Shown in pieces: positions 14,467-24,644 of a stretch of DNA of 64,000 bases (positions within the stretch are counted from its first letter, which is position 1; every line of letters starts with the position of its first letter). The stretch is from NCBI GenBank assembly GCA_965205215.1, contig OZ242041.1, positions 1,248,001 through 1,312,000 on the forward strand, written 5' to 3'. This stretch comes from Nitrosopumilus sp. (GTDB lineage: Archaea; Thermoproteota; Nitrososphaeria; Nitrososphaerales; Nitrosopumilaceae). The translations under genes were made by a program, and so were the position numbers. The notes under the pieces were generated by a model. That model saw only the letters and a list, made by a program, of their open reading frames with translations. It did not search any database and was not told the origin of the DNA.

Positions 14467-15444
14467 CTAATCGCCGCTGCCTGCTGTGTTTGGACCGCTG
14501 CTGCTGCCGCCACCACTGCCACCAACGCCGCTGCCGTTCTCCATCTTTTTGGCAAGCAGGACCGGCACCTCGGCGGGCCTCTTTGCAACCGGGATGTTTG
14601 CCTTGTTGAACATGGATATCTTTGACTCCGCGGAGCCGTACGTGCCCATCACGATTGCGCCCGCGTGCCCCATGCGCTTCTCCTTGGGGGCCGCCCGTCC
14701 TGCGATGTACGCGACCGTGGGCTTTGCAAACCCCGTGTCCATTATGCGCTGCGCCAGCATCTCCTCGGAGTCGCCGCCTATCTCGCCTACCACCACCATG
14801 CCGTCTATGTCCGGCACGTCCCTGACCATCTCAAACGCGTCGATCAGCCTGGTCCCGTTCACTGGATCCCCGCCTATTCCTATGGTGATTGCCTGCCCGA
14901 ACCCCGCGCTGCTCAGCGCGTCGGATATCTCGTACAGCAGGGTGCCGCTCTTTGAGAGTACCGCTATCTTGCCGGGCTTGAACGGCGTGGGGGGCATTAT
15001 GCCTATCTTTATGATCCCGGGTATCATTATTCCCGGCGTGTTGGGGCCTATGATCCTGGCGTCCCTTTTCTGCGCCATGTCCAGCGCGCTCATGGTGTCG
15101 CGTATCGGTATGTGCTCCGGTATCGCGACCAGCAGCTCGATTCCGGCCTCGAGCGCCTCCTTTGCGGCGCCCAGAAAGAACTTTGCCGGGACGAACACGG
15201 CAGATATCCTGGCGCCCGTCGCCTCCACTGCCTCGGACATCGTGTTGTATATGGGTATGGCATCATCAAACCTCTGTCCTCCCTTGCCGGGGGTTACGCC
15301 TGCCACTATGTTGGTCCCGTATGAAATCATGTTTCTCGTGTGCAGCGAGCCGTACGCCCCGGTTATCCCCTGCACTATGACGCCCTTTTTGTTGTGGTCC
15401 GCGTCACCCGGGTTTCCCCTCAGCACCTCGAATATGTCCTTCAA
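14467..15444 (-). CDS. sucD: Succinyl-CoA synthetase alpha subunit
   Basis: VQGITG, GVTPGKGG, IIGPNTPG, GIGGDP, RMGHAGA phospho-His motif. Confidence 0.95.
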   Translation of the reverse strand: MKDIFEVLRGNPGDADHNKKGVIVQGITGAYGSLHTRNMISYGTNIVAGVTPGKGGQRFDDAIPIYNTMSEAVEATGARISAVFVPAKFFLGAAKEALEAGIELLVAIPEHIPIRDTMSALDMAQKRDARIIGPNTPGIMIPGIIKIGIMPPTPFKPGKIAVLSKSGTLLYEISDALSSAGFGQAITIGIGGDPVNGTRLIDAFEMVRDVPDIDGMVVVGEIGGDSEEMLAQRIMDTGFAKPTVAYIAGRAAPKEKRMGHAGAIVMGTYGSAESKISMFNKANIPVAKRPAEVPVLLAKKMENGSGVGGSGGGSSSGPNTAGSGD

Positions 15445-16550
15445 CTCTTCTTGCCCCCAAGAACGGCCGCGTTTATGGCGCCCTCTACAGAGTCGAACAT
15501 CTCTGTCCTTGAGTCCCTCAGCATCTCCTTGGCCTTGTCGGACTCGGTCCCCTTCAGCCTGGCGTATACCGGCATGTCTATCAGGCCTGACTCGTACGCC
15601 TTCAGGAAGGCCTCGGCCACCACCGTCGTCTTGACTATGCCCCCGTACAGGTTCACAAGTATGCTCCTGACGCCCCTTATGCGGCTTATCAGCGTGAGGG
15701 CCTCGTATACCGACTCGGTGGTGGCGCCCCCGCCCACGTCAAGAAAGCACGCCGGCTTGCCGCCGCTGTCTGACAGCATGTCAAACGTGGACATTACCAG
15801 CCCCGCGCCGTTTCCCACTACCGCGATGTCGCCGTCTAGCTCTACAAGCGAGAACCCGCTCTTCTCGGCCCTTTCCTCTATCTCTGACTTTTCCTGGTAC
15901 TTTGCCAGTTCGGGGTGGCGGAAGTTGGAGTTGTCGTCTGTCACGAACTTGCCGTCGAGCGCTATTATGGAGTCGCCGGGAGTGATTGCCAGCGGATTTA
16001 TCTCCGCGAGCTCGGCCTCCTTCTCTATGGTCAGCCTCGAGAGCTTGACCAGGGTGTCTGCAAAGCCGTCTGCCAGCCTCCCGTCAAGGCCGATCTGGCC
16101 CGCGACCTCCAGGGCGGTCTCGCGCGACACGTCGCCCATACCGACCTCCCTTATGGTCTGGCTCTTTACCGACTCGATCTCGACTCCGCCCTCAGACGAC
16201 GCTATTATCGTGTAACACCTCTTTGAGCGGTTCAGGAACAGCGACACGTACAGCTCCTTTTTGATGTCGGCCATCTTCTCAAGGAGTACGGCCCTTGCCT
16301 TCTCGCCTTTTATCACCAGGTTCATGACCTGTGGGTATCTTATCTCAAACTCGTCTGGGTTGTTGCAGGACTGGACGCCGCCGGCCTTGCCCCTTCCTCC
16401 GACTGGCACCTGTATCTTTATCACAAACGGGTACCCGAGCTCCCCGGCGTGCTCCCTGGCCTCCTCGATGCTGGTAGACGACCTGCCGTCAAGAAGCCTT
16501 ATGCCGTACTCCCTGAACAGCTCCTTTGCCTGGTATTCCAAGAGGCGCAT
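15441..16550 (-). CDS. sucC: Succinyl-CoA synthetase beta subunit
   Basis: MRLLEYQAKELF, GGRGKAGGV, EINPL, GNGAGL, FLDVGGGA. Confidence 0.95.
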   Translation of the reverse strand: MRLLEYQAKELFREYGIRLLDGRSSTSIEEAREHAGELGYPFVIKIQVPVGGRGKAGGVQSCNNPDEFEIRYPQVMNLVIKGEKARAVLLEKMADIKKELYVSLFLNRSKRCYTIIASSEGGVEIESVKSQTIREVGMGDVSRETALEVAGQIGLDGRLADGFADTLVKLSRLTIEKEAELAEINPLAITPGDSIIALDGKFVTDDNSNFRHPELAKYQEKSEIEERAEKSGFSLVELDGDIAVVGNGAGLVMSTFDMLSDSGGKPACFLDVGGGATTESVYEALTLISRIRGVRSILVNLYGGIVKTTVVAEAFLKAYESGLIDMPVYARLKGTESDKAKEMLRDSRTEMFDSVEGAINAAVLGGKKS

Positions 16551-16657
16551 GTCTGTACCGGTTTGGCGCCGTAATTTAACGACTGTGACTTGCGGTTCCC
16601 GCCGCGGTAGCCAAAACGCCTGCCGCGGCCCTCCTGCCGCCTGCCTGCCGCCCCCTG

Positions 16658-17017
16658 TCAGCCCGGTGCCCCTTCGTCTTCTTCCTGTATCCCGAGCTGC
16701 TCCTCGAGCCTGCTTGTTACGTCCGCGAACCTGTCCTTGCTCTGGCCAAGAAGCACCTGCGGGTACTCGACTATTGAGTGCACCACTTGGCGCCGGAAGC
16801 TCGGCACCAGCATCCCCCCCGACGTGACTATTTGCTCTATGACAAAGCCCGCGGTAAGCGTGCACACGATCTCCTCGTAGCATCCGTCCTCCTCCTCCAG
16901 CGTCTGCCTGTACAGTATTATGGCCCTGTCAGTCTTTGATGCGATGTCCGAGCCCATCATGAGCAGATTCTGCAGGCGCTGGACCTGCCACGCGTCAAGG
17001 CTTACCTGCTTTACCAT
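16658..17017 (-). CDS. Hypothetical protein (thaumarchaeal-type)
   Basis: Compact ORF (MVKQVSLDAWQVQ) co-oriented upstream of sucC with an AT-rich promoter-like region. Confidence 0.7.
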   Translation of the reverse strand: MVKQVSLDAWQVQRLQNLLMMGSDIASKTDRAIILYRQTLEEEDGCYEEIVCTLTAGFVIEQIVTSGGMLVPSFRRQVVHSIVEYPQVLLGQSKDRFADVTSRLEEQLGIQEEDEGAPG

Positions 17018-17237
17018 GAATTACATTGTGTGGTTTTGTATTTAACCGTGAACAGGGACTGCGTGCGTGGGTTCTGTCGCACGTGCGCCGGCACGTACCT
17101 GCGTAAAGTTTGCAGCGGGCCGCCGTTTTCCAAATGCGCGGGGTGGCCGGCGCGGATTGCCTAGATTTGCGGCGCAGTCTTTTTACACATAATTGCAACA
17201 AAATCTGGCAAACCGCCGCGGCGCGGCCGCTGCCCGG

Positions 17238-17890
17238 TCACGCCATGTCGAGCGCGCGCGAGTGCTTTCTCGTGTGCGGCCTCTCGCCGGAATACTTGCG
17301 CCTCATGTGTCCGGACGGCCTGCCGTACAGGAGCTCCAGAAACCACGACTCGTGCTCTATCTCCTCGGCCAGTATATCCTTTGCAATGTCGTACGTGGCC
17401 GGGTCCTTGCCGAGCGTCATGTTACATATGTTGTTCCAGTTGACTATGGCCCCCTGCTCCGCCTTGAGGCACTTTTCGAGTATCGCCTTGTGGTCAGTCG
17501 GGTCAGGCGGCAGCTTTAGAAAGTCGCACCCCGAGATGCGTATGAACTCCGTCGCGTCGTTGGGCAGTGATCCCCCTAGCTGGTATATGCGCTCTATGCA
17601 CGACTCAAAGTGGCTCAGATCCTCCAGCCTTGCGTCCTCTATTATCCCCTTTAGCCCCTCGCCCTCCATTCCGGTGCAGTGCGCCCTGAGGTTGGTAAAG
17701 TAGTAGTACGCGGTGAACTCGACGGCGGCGTTGCGCACAAGCTCGCTTATCAGCGCGTCGACGTCAAGGCCGTTCTTCTCAAGTACGGTGATCCCGATTA
17801 CGCCGGGTGACTTTTTCTGCCTGGAGGCGGCCGAACCGCTCTTCTTTCTCTTTGCTGCTCCCGGCTTTGCAGCGCGACCCGTCCCTGCCA
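17238..17890 (-). CDS. DPS-like (DPSL) ferritin-family protein
   Basis: EFTAYYY..LR, EDARLEDLSHFE, AEQGAI, ILAEEIEHE, GRPSGH di-iron motifs; basic N-terminal tail. Confidence 0.9.
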
Positions 17891-17920
17891 TGTTGTTGTG
17901 CACCGATATTCCCATAAAAG

Positions 17921-20900
17921 CTATTCTACGGACACCCTGATCTCCTGGCCGTCTATGTCCTCGTCCTTGTAGGCGCCGCAGGTCTCTTCAAAGTTTACCC
18001 CGCGCACCCTGACTAGGAACGCGAGCTCACCGGCCCTCTCCTCTAGCATCTCTTTCTGCTCTGCAGTCAGCCCCAGTATCGATGCGCGCTCCAGCATGTC
18101 TGTGGGATTGTAACCCCTCTCCTTTCTGAGCGACTGCAGCCTCCTTGCGACGTCCTTTACGAGCCCCTTTGCAGTCATCTCCCTGTTCCTTGACGTGGTC
18201 AGAAATACGGCGCAGCTGTCGGTGCCGGCGCCCCTCGAGGCAGTCGCGTACCCCTCGGCCGCGTCGTATCCTATCGCAACGTCATTGCCGTCAAGGCTTA
18301 TTGTAACTCCGTCTTCGACGCGTATGTCGTGGGAGCCGCGGCGGCGCAGCGACTCGGCAATCTCCTTTGGGCTCGTCTCTCCGAACTTTTTTACCAGATC
18401 CGGCATGTGCCTTTTGGCCTTTGGGCCCGCGCTCTTGCCGTTGAGCTCTGCCGTTATTGTAATGGGCATGCCGATCTCCTCGAGTTCCAGGGCCAGCCTT
18501 GCGGCCGACTCGCCTGACGCGCCGCCACTGCCACCGTCGCCTGTACTGTCTCCCGCACCGATGCCACCGTCGCCGCCCATGTGCTCTGCCTCCATAATTG
18601 AGAGCCTCTCGACGTTGATCTGCTCTTGGAGCATCGGGGCAAGCGGCTCGAGCCTTGACTTTTGTCCCGCGCGCACGCATATGACCGCCTCGTCAAGGGG
18701 CCACCTTCCCTTCAACTTCTTGGACATGCGGGCCGCGCCGCATGCCGATATCGCGCCTGTCATCATGTCAAATGACTCTTCAAGCGCGGAATCCTCCATG
18801 CCGGCATCGCGCTTGGGCCATGCCGCGAGCAGTATGCTTTTGCCCACTGCGCCGCCGCCTGCATCGCCGGAGCCAAATGCGGACTGCCACAGGTATTCCG
18901 TGACAAACGGGCACAGCGGGTGCATCATCACGTCAAGCGCCCTGAGCACGTGGCACAGCACCGCGTATATGGCCAGCCTTCTGTCCCTGTTGCCGCCGTC
19001 CTCGTTCCATATCTCGGCCCTTGTCATCCTCACGTACGTCTGGCTGAACGCGTTGACGATATAGTCGTCTAGCGCCCTGGCCGCCTCGTGGAACCTGCAC
19101 CTCTCGTTTTTCTCCGTCACGTTGGATATTAGCCCCTGCAGCCTTGAGAGCAGCCACCTCTCCGGCTTCCTTAGCAGGTCCTGGCCGTCCGCCCACTGTA
19201 TAGTGTGCGCCGATTCGTCGAACCCGTCGTATCGGCTGTTCTGCGCAAAGTACAGGTGCAGGTTGTATAGCGTGCTGATGGTCTGGTGCGGCCTGGCGTT
19301 CATCTCCTGTATGCTAAAGCTCAGGGGCTCTATCGGCGAGGCCTTCCACATGCAGTACAGGCGGATCATGTCGGCCGGGTGGTCCTCGAGCAGCTTTCTG
19401 CCCTCCAGGACGTTCCCCTTACTCTTGCTCATCTTTTGGCCGTTCTCGTCAAGCACGTGCCCCTGGAACAGGAACGCCCTGAACGGGGCCTCGGGCTCCC
19501 CCCTGAGTATGACGTTCTCAAGGAGCAGCGTGTAGGCCCATCCCCGGGTCTGGTCAATACCCTCTGTCAGGAACGGGGCCGGCACGTCGCTGTGGTACGT
19601 GTAGTCGTCAAGCGACGACCATGGGGCCGAGCCGCTGTTGTGCCACGTGTCAAGCACAAAGTCCTCCCTTGTCGTGTTCACGCCGCTGCAGCTGCTGCAC
19701 CTCACCTTTACGTTGTCAATCCAGGGCCTGTGCAGCTCAAAGTCAACCCCATCGGGAAGGTACACCGAGTTGTTCACTATCTCGGATCTGGAATAGAGCC
19801 ACGTGGACTCCCAGCAGTCGTTGCACTTCCACACGGGCAGCGGGCATCCCCATATGCGCTCCCTTGATATGCACCAGGGGTGCCTGTCGTTTATTATGCC
19901 AAGGAACCTGTTTCTTGGCTGCTCAAAAAAGTACTCGACCTCCTCGGCGGCCCGCGTGGCGTTGCCCCCTATCGCGCCGGTGTCGTAAAAATACCCCCTG
20001 CGCGCAAGCCATACTAGCGCGTGCCCGGAGCGCCAGCAGTGCGGATAGCTGTGCTTTATCCGGCCAATCCTTACCAGGGCGCCGCGCGCCCTCAGCTCCT
20101 CCACTATCGCGCGGTCCGTATCCCTGACGGGCACGCCGGCATACCTGTCGCCGGCCTCCCAGGTGAACCGCACCTGGTCGTCAATGGGGCAGAAGACCTC
20201 GACGCCCCGCTTGGCGGCCACCTTGATGTCTTCCTCGCCGTTTGCGGGAGCTATGTGCACGAGGCCGCTTCCGGCATTGACGTCGACGAACTCCTCGGCC
20301 ACGACCTTGTGGTACTTGTCCGGGTGTTTTTTGAGCATTGCGTCAAGCCCCGGTACGGTGTCGCGCAGGGGGTGCTTGTAGCCGAGGCCGTCCAGGCTGG
20401 AGCCCTTTGCGACCTTTATGATCTCGTGTGACTCTGCCTTTATCTCCGATAGGAACCCGTCCAGCCGGGTCTTGCCCACTACCCATACCCTGCCGTCGCC
20501 GCCGTCGCCGCCATCGTTGCCACCGTCGGGATCCTGCTTGACCCTGACGTACGCGTACTCCTCGTCGGGGTGGACGCCGACCATCGCGTCGGTCAGCAGC
20601 GTAAAAGGCATGGTGGTCCACACTACCAGATGGACGCGGCCGTCCTCGCCGCCGCCTGCCTCCCCTTCCAGTTCTACTGTATAGTACAGCGAGGGGTCCA
20701 CCACCTCCTTGTATCCCTGCCCGACCTCGGCGTGGCTCAGCGACGTCTGGCAGCTCGGGCAGTATGCGATTACGGTATAGTCCTCCCTTATGACGCCGGA
20801 TTCCTTTGCGCTTTTCAGTACCTTCCACTCGCGCTCTATGAACTTGTCATCAAAGGTGCGATACGCCTTGTCGTGATCAAGCGAGATGCCAAGCTGCCTG

Positions 20901-21304
20901 TCCGCCTCCTCCCACTCCGTGGTGTTCTTTGCGACTATCTTTTTGCACTCCGCCACGATACGCTCTATTCCAAACCTCTCGATTGCCTCTGCCTTGCCAC
21001 CAGTCACCCCGAGCTCCTTTTCTGCCTGCAGCTCGATTGGCAGCCCCTGCGTGTCCCATCCGGCGTTGAACTCTACATACGCGCCGCGCAGCGTGCTGAA
21101 CCTGTACCACAGGTCCTTGATTATCCTGCCCCTCAGGTGCCCCACATGCGGCGGGCCGTTCATGGTGGGAGGCCCCTCTATGAACCTGGCCCTTTCTCTG
21201 TCCTTGACGGACTCGAGCAGATCCGACGCGACGTCAGTCTCGGCCAGATATCCCCTCACGCGCAATTCTATGCGCTTGGCATCGAATTTCTGAGATAACT
21301 CCAT
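17921..21304 (-). CDS. ileS: Isoleucyl-tRNA synthetase
   Basis: EGPPTMNGPPHVGH, GWDTQGLPIE, WTTMPFTL, EGIDQTRGW, KMSKS. Confidence 0.97.
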   Translation of the reverse strand: MELSQKFDAKRIELRVRGYLAETDVASDLLESVKDRERARFIEGPPTMNGPPHVGHLRGRIIKDLWYRFSTLRGAYVEFNAGWDTQGLPIELQAEKELGVTGGKAEAIERFGIERIVAECKKIVAKNTTEWEEADRQLGISLDHDKAYRTFDDKFIEREWKVLKSAKESGVIREDYTVIAYCPSCQTSLSHAEVGQGYKEVVDPSLYYTVELEGEAGGGEDGRVHLVVWTTMPFTLLTDAMVGVHPDEEYAYVRVKQDPDGGNDGGDGGDGRVWVVGKTRLDGFLSEIKAESHEIIKVAKGSSLDGLGYKHPLRDTVPGLDAMLKKHPDKYHKVVAEEFVDVNAGSGLVHIAPANGEEDIKVAAKRGVEVFCPIDDQVRFTWEAGDRYAGVPVRDTDRAIVEELRARGALVRIGRIKHSYPHCWRSGHALVWLARRGYFYDTGAIGGNATRAAEEVEYFFEQPRNRFLGIINDRHPWCISRERIWGCPLPVWKCNDCWESTWLYSRSEIVNNSVYLPDGVDFELHRPWIDNVKVRCSSCSGVNTTREDFVLDTWHNSGSAPWSSLDDYTYHSDVPAPFLTEGIDQTRGWAYTLLLENVILRGEPEAPFRAFLFQGHVLDENGQKMSKSKGNVLEGRKLLEDHPADMIRLYCMWKASPIEPLSFSIQEMNARPHQTISTLYNLHLYFAQNSRYDGFDESAHTIQWADGQDLLRKPERWLLSRLQGLISNVTEKNERCRFHEAARALDDYIVNAFSQTYVRMTRAEIWNEDGGNRDRRLAIYAVLCHVLRALDVMMHPLCPFVTEYLWQSAFGSGDAGGGAVGKSILLAAWPKRDAGMEDSALEESFDMMTGAISACGAARMSKKLKGRWPLDEAVICVRAGQKSRLEPLAPMLQEQINVERLSIMEAEHMGGDGGIGAGDSTGDGGSGGASGESAARLALELEEIGMPITITAELNGKSAGPKAKRHMPDLVKKFGETSPKEIAESLRRRGSHDIRVEDGVTISLDGNDVAIGYDAAEGYATASRGAGTDSCAVFLTTSRNREMTAKGLVKDVARRLQSLRKERGYNPTDMLERASILGLTAEQKEMLEERAGELAFLVRVRGVNFEETCGAYKDEDIDGQEIRVSVE

Positions 21305-21533
21305 TGTGGCCCTTGGCTGTGGCATCTGCGCGCGGCATTATAAAGCTAGGATCAGGGCCGCCCTGCGCGATGGCGTGCTTGGGGGCAGGAGCAGTTGCAC
21401 CGCGCGCGGCGGGGTTTGGCATGGGCCGGTTCCGGCACGCGCACGCTTTGCCGCCACATGTGGCATGTCGAAGGTGGGCCGTACGTGTCCAATCTTTTAA
21501 TTACGTTCGTACCCTGCCGTCACTACGACCCGA

Positions 21534-23000
21534 ATGAAGTTTCTCCTGGTGGGCGGGGGCGGACGCGAGGCCTCCTTTGCGCTAAACCTTGCAGGCGCGG
21601 CGACAGAGATGCAGAGTTCTCCCGGCGGCAGTCTGGACGCGCCCCTCGTGTACGCCGTCACGCCCCACGAGAACCCGCTCATCGCAGACTGTACGAGGCG
21701 GTCCGGCGGTGATTACACGATTGGCAACCCCAGCGACCCGGATACCGTGCTGGAGTATGCCCGCCTGCACTCTGTAGACTATGCGTTTGTAAACGCCGAC
21801 GAGCCGCTTGCCAACGGGGTGGTGGATGCCCTCGTACGCGAAGGCTTCAAGGCGGTGGGCGGCACCAAGTCCGCCACCCGCATAGAGTGGGACAAGGTAT
21901 ACGCAATGGAGATGATGAACCGGCTCTGCCCCGAGCATACCCCACTTTACAGGATCGTACGGGACGAGCGACAGCTTGTCGATGCGATATCCGAGTTTGA
22001 ATCCCGCGGCATGCACCTCGTGGTAAAGCCGCAGGGGCTGACGGGGGGCAAGGGAGTTAAGGTGATGCCGGAGCACCTGGCGTCATACGAGGAGTGCGCC
22101 AGGTATGCATCAGAGCTGCTTGGCGCGCACGGCGGCCGGCAGCAGGTGCTGCTAGTCGAGAAGCTGGACGGGCTTGAGTTTACCATAATGGGACTCACTG
22201 ACGGGATGCATCTTGTGATGTCCCCCGCCACATACGACTATCCGTACCGGCTCGAGGGCGACAGGGGGCCCGGGACGGGTGGCATGGGCTGCTTTTCTGA
22301 CTGCGTCACGCTCCCGTTTCTGTCCGATTCGGATCTGGAGGACTGCCAGACTATAATGCAGAGAGTGATAGACGACATGCGCGCGCGAGGCCTCGGGTTT
22401 ACCGGCGTGCTCAACGGCGGATTCTTCAAGACCGCGGACGGAATCAGGTTCATGGAGTTCAACAGTCGGTTCGGGGATCCGGAGTGCCTCAACATAATGT
22501 CCGTACTGGAGACGCCACTGTCCGAGGTGCTGGTGCGCATGTGGGAAGGCACGCTGTCCGGGGGCACGGTGTCTTTTGCAAACAAGGCGAGCGTCTGCAA
22601 GTATCTGGTTGCAAGGGAGTACCCCTCTGCGAGCCCTGATGCCTCCTGCTTTGAGGTGGACGACGACTCGGTGGGCAGGCTGGGCGTTACGGCATACTAT
22701 GCGTCCTGCGTGCGCGCCGTCGATGGCGGTGGCGGTAGCGATGCCCATGATCACACCGGCGATGACGGCGCGTCAGGCGCTGGCCATACGTACAACAAAT
22801 ACCGCACGCTCAAAAAGTCCCGGGTGGTGGCATTTTGCGCCGCGTCGGACACCGTGCAGGGGGCCTCTGACAGGGTCAACGAGGCAATCGACACGTGCGT
22901 CAGGGCCGGGGGGCTAGAATACAGGCGCGACATAGGCTCCGCCCAGAGCCTGGACGCCATGGATGCGCGCGCAAGGGATCTTGGAGCCTTGCGTACCTGA
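21534..23000 (+). CDS. purD: Phosphoribosylamine-glycine ligase
   Basis: VGGGGRE, GGKGVKV, GPGTGGMG, EFNSRFGDPE, YRRDIG. Confidence 0.95.
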   Translation: MKFLLVGGGGREASFALNLAGAATEMQSSPGGSLDAPLVYAVTPHENPLIADCTRRSGGDYTIGNPSDPDTVLEYARLHSVDYAFVNADEPLANGVVDALVREGFKAVGGTKSATRIEWDKVYAMEMMNRLCPEHTPLYRIVRDERQLVDAISEFESRGMHLVVKPQGLTGGKGVKVMPEHLASYEECARYASELLGAHGGRQQVLLVEKLDGLEFTIMGLTDGMHLVMSPATYDYPYRLEGDRGPGTGGMGCFSDCVTLPFLSDSDLEDCQTIMQRVIDDMRARGLGFTGVLNGGFFKTADGIRFMEFNSRFGDPECLNIMSVLETPLSEVLVRMWEGTLSGGTVSFANKASVCKYLVAREYPSASPDASCFEVDDDSVGRLGVTAYYASCVRAVDGGGGSDAHDHTGDDGASGAGHTYNKYRTLKKSRVVAFCAASDTVQGASDRVNEAIDTCVRAGGLEYRRDIGSAQSLDAMDARARDLGALRT

Positions 23001-23067
23001 TGCCAGCTCGCTCTTTTTTTTTTGAGACGCGCGCGCAGAGCCCGGATCATCTGGTGTGTGCCGCGCG

Positions 23068-23682
23068 TTATTTCTTGCCGTCCACGTATCTTGTCTTTTT
23101 CTCGGTTATTATCATGTCCACCCTTGCGTCGTGCGGGTCGGCCGGGATCCTTTTTGTGACCTGCTTTTCAAAGAGTATTGCGCATACCGTCGTCGCGGCC
23201 CCCCTGCGCCTTTCAAGATACCTGTCATAGTATCCGCGCCCGTAGCCGAGCCTGTGCCCGTCGGCTGACGCGGCTATGGAGGGCACTATGACCATGTCAA
23301 GCCCGCGCTGCGGGGCCTCCGCGCACGGGCCCGCCGGCTCCATTATCATGCTGTACCTGCGGCCCCACTCGAGTTTCGACGCGTCGCGGACGCGGCAAAA
23401 CTCCATCGCCTCGTCGTCCGTCACCCTTGGCAAGTAGAGCTCCTTGCCTCCTGACATAATCTCTGACATTATCCCTCGCGTGGGCACCTCGCTGCCTATT
23501 GGGTGGTACGCGCCCACGGTCAGGGCCTCTGAAAACTCCCTGCACGAGAGCAGCCTGCGCAGTACGCGCCCCGCGGCAATCTCCGCGTACTCGGCCGACG
23601 TGGCGTCCCTCCTCTCAAGCAGGAGCTTGCGGAGCCTGCTCTTCTCTGCCTGCACGCGCTCAGAGCTCAATTCCGTTTGCAC
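23068..23682 (-). CDS. 5-formyltetrahydrofolate cyclo-ligase
   Basis: KSRLRK, SEVPT, GHRLGYGRGYYDRYL, PHDARVDMIITE. Confidence 0.92.
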   Translation of the reverse strand: MQTELSSERVQAEKSRLRKLLLERRDATSAEYAEIAAGRVLRRLLSCREFSEALTVGAYHPIGSEVPTRGIMSEIMSGGKELYLPRVTDDEAMEFCRVRDASKLEWGRRYSMIMEPAGPCAEAPQRGLDMVIVPSIAASADGHRLGYGRGYYDRYLERRRGAATTVCAILFEKQVTKRIPADPHDARVDMIITEKKTRYVDGKK

Positions 23683-24523
23683 CCGCCGCCGCGGCCGTGG
23701 TGTTCTTTAGCAGCATCGCAACTGTCATGGGCCCGACCCCGCCGGGCACCGGCGTCGCGTGGGAGGCCTTTGATGCCACCTTCTCATAGTCCGCGTCGCC
23801 TGCAAGCTTTCCGTTGTGCCGGGTGATTGCCACGTCTATCACGACGCACCCGTCGCTAATCATGTCCGGCGTCAGCTCGAACCTGCTCCTGTCGCCGACT
23901 GCCGTGATCACCACGTCTGCCATGCCGCTGAACCTGGCGATGTCTTTAGTCTTTGAGTGGCACGTGATTACAGTCGCGTCCCTGCCAAGAAGTAGCTGGT
24001 ACAGGGGCTTGCCGACGAGGCCGCTCCTGTTTATTATCGCGACCGTCTTTCCCGCGAGATCTATCTTGAAGTGGTCAAGCATGTACATAACCGCAAGCGG
24101 GGTGCACGGCACGTGTCCAGCCTGCCCCGCCGCGAGGCGGCCCATGTTGGATATGCCGAGCCCGTCGACGTCTTTTTCCGGCGATATCCTCGATATCGCC
24201 TCTGACGCGTCCAAGTGTCCTGGCAGGGGGAGCTGGAGCAGTATCCCGTGCACCCGGGCGTCCGAGTTCAGTTTCTCGATGAGCGCGTTGAGCTCGTCCT
24301 GTCCGACGCCGGCCCCGAGCCTGTGGTCTATTGCGTTGATCCCGACCTCTGCGCACGCCTCGTGCTTTTTCTTGACGTACGTGGCCGAGGCCTGGTCGTC
24401 TCCGACCAGTATGGTCGCAAGGCACGCCTCGACCCCTTCGCGTTGGAGCCGGAGCACGGATCCCTTGACGTCCGCCTTTACCGCGTCTGCCAGCTCGACC
24501 CCGTTGATTCTGACGCAGGCCAT
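23660..24523 (-). CDS. folD: Methylenetetrahydrofolate dehydrogenase/cyclohydrolase
   Basis: YVKKK, GILLQLPLP, KDVDG, PCTP, TPVPGGVGPMTVAML. Confidence 0.95.
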   Translation of the reverse strand: MACVRINGVELADAVKADVKGSVLRLQREGVEACLATILVGDDQASATYVKKKHEACAEVGINAIDHRLGAGVGQDELNALIEKLNSDARVHGILLQLPLPGHLDASEAISRISPEKDVDGLGISNMGRLAAGQAGHVPCTPLAVMYMLDHFKIDLAGKTVAIINRSGLVGKPLYQLLLGRDATVITCHSKTKDIARFSGMADVVITAVGDRSRFELTPDMISDGCVVIDVAITRHNGKLAGDADYEKVASKASHATPVPGGVGPMTVAMLLKNTTAAAAGANGIEL

Positions 24524-24644
24524 GCGGTGGTGCGCGCCCGCGAGGGTATTAAATCCCATGCATGACAGGCGCCGCGACGCACGGGCCGGGCGCCGCCCTC
24601 CCGATCACCCTCATGTTAAAATCAGAGGCCCCTGCACTCCGGCC

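Noticed and set aside
23814-24644. Long N-terminal extensions in the ORF track (MBL nuclease, sucC, uvrA, glycerate kinase)
   Set aside because: They are antisense or overlapping read-throughs of neighbouring genes caused by stop-codon scarcity at high GC.
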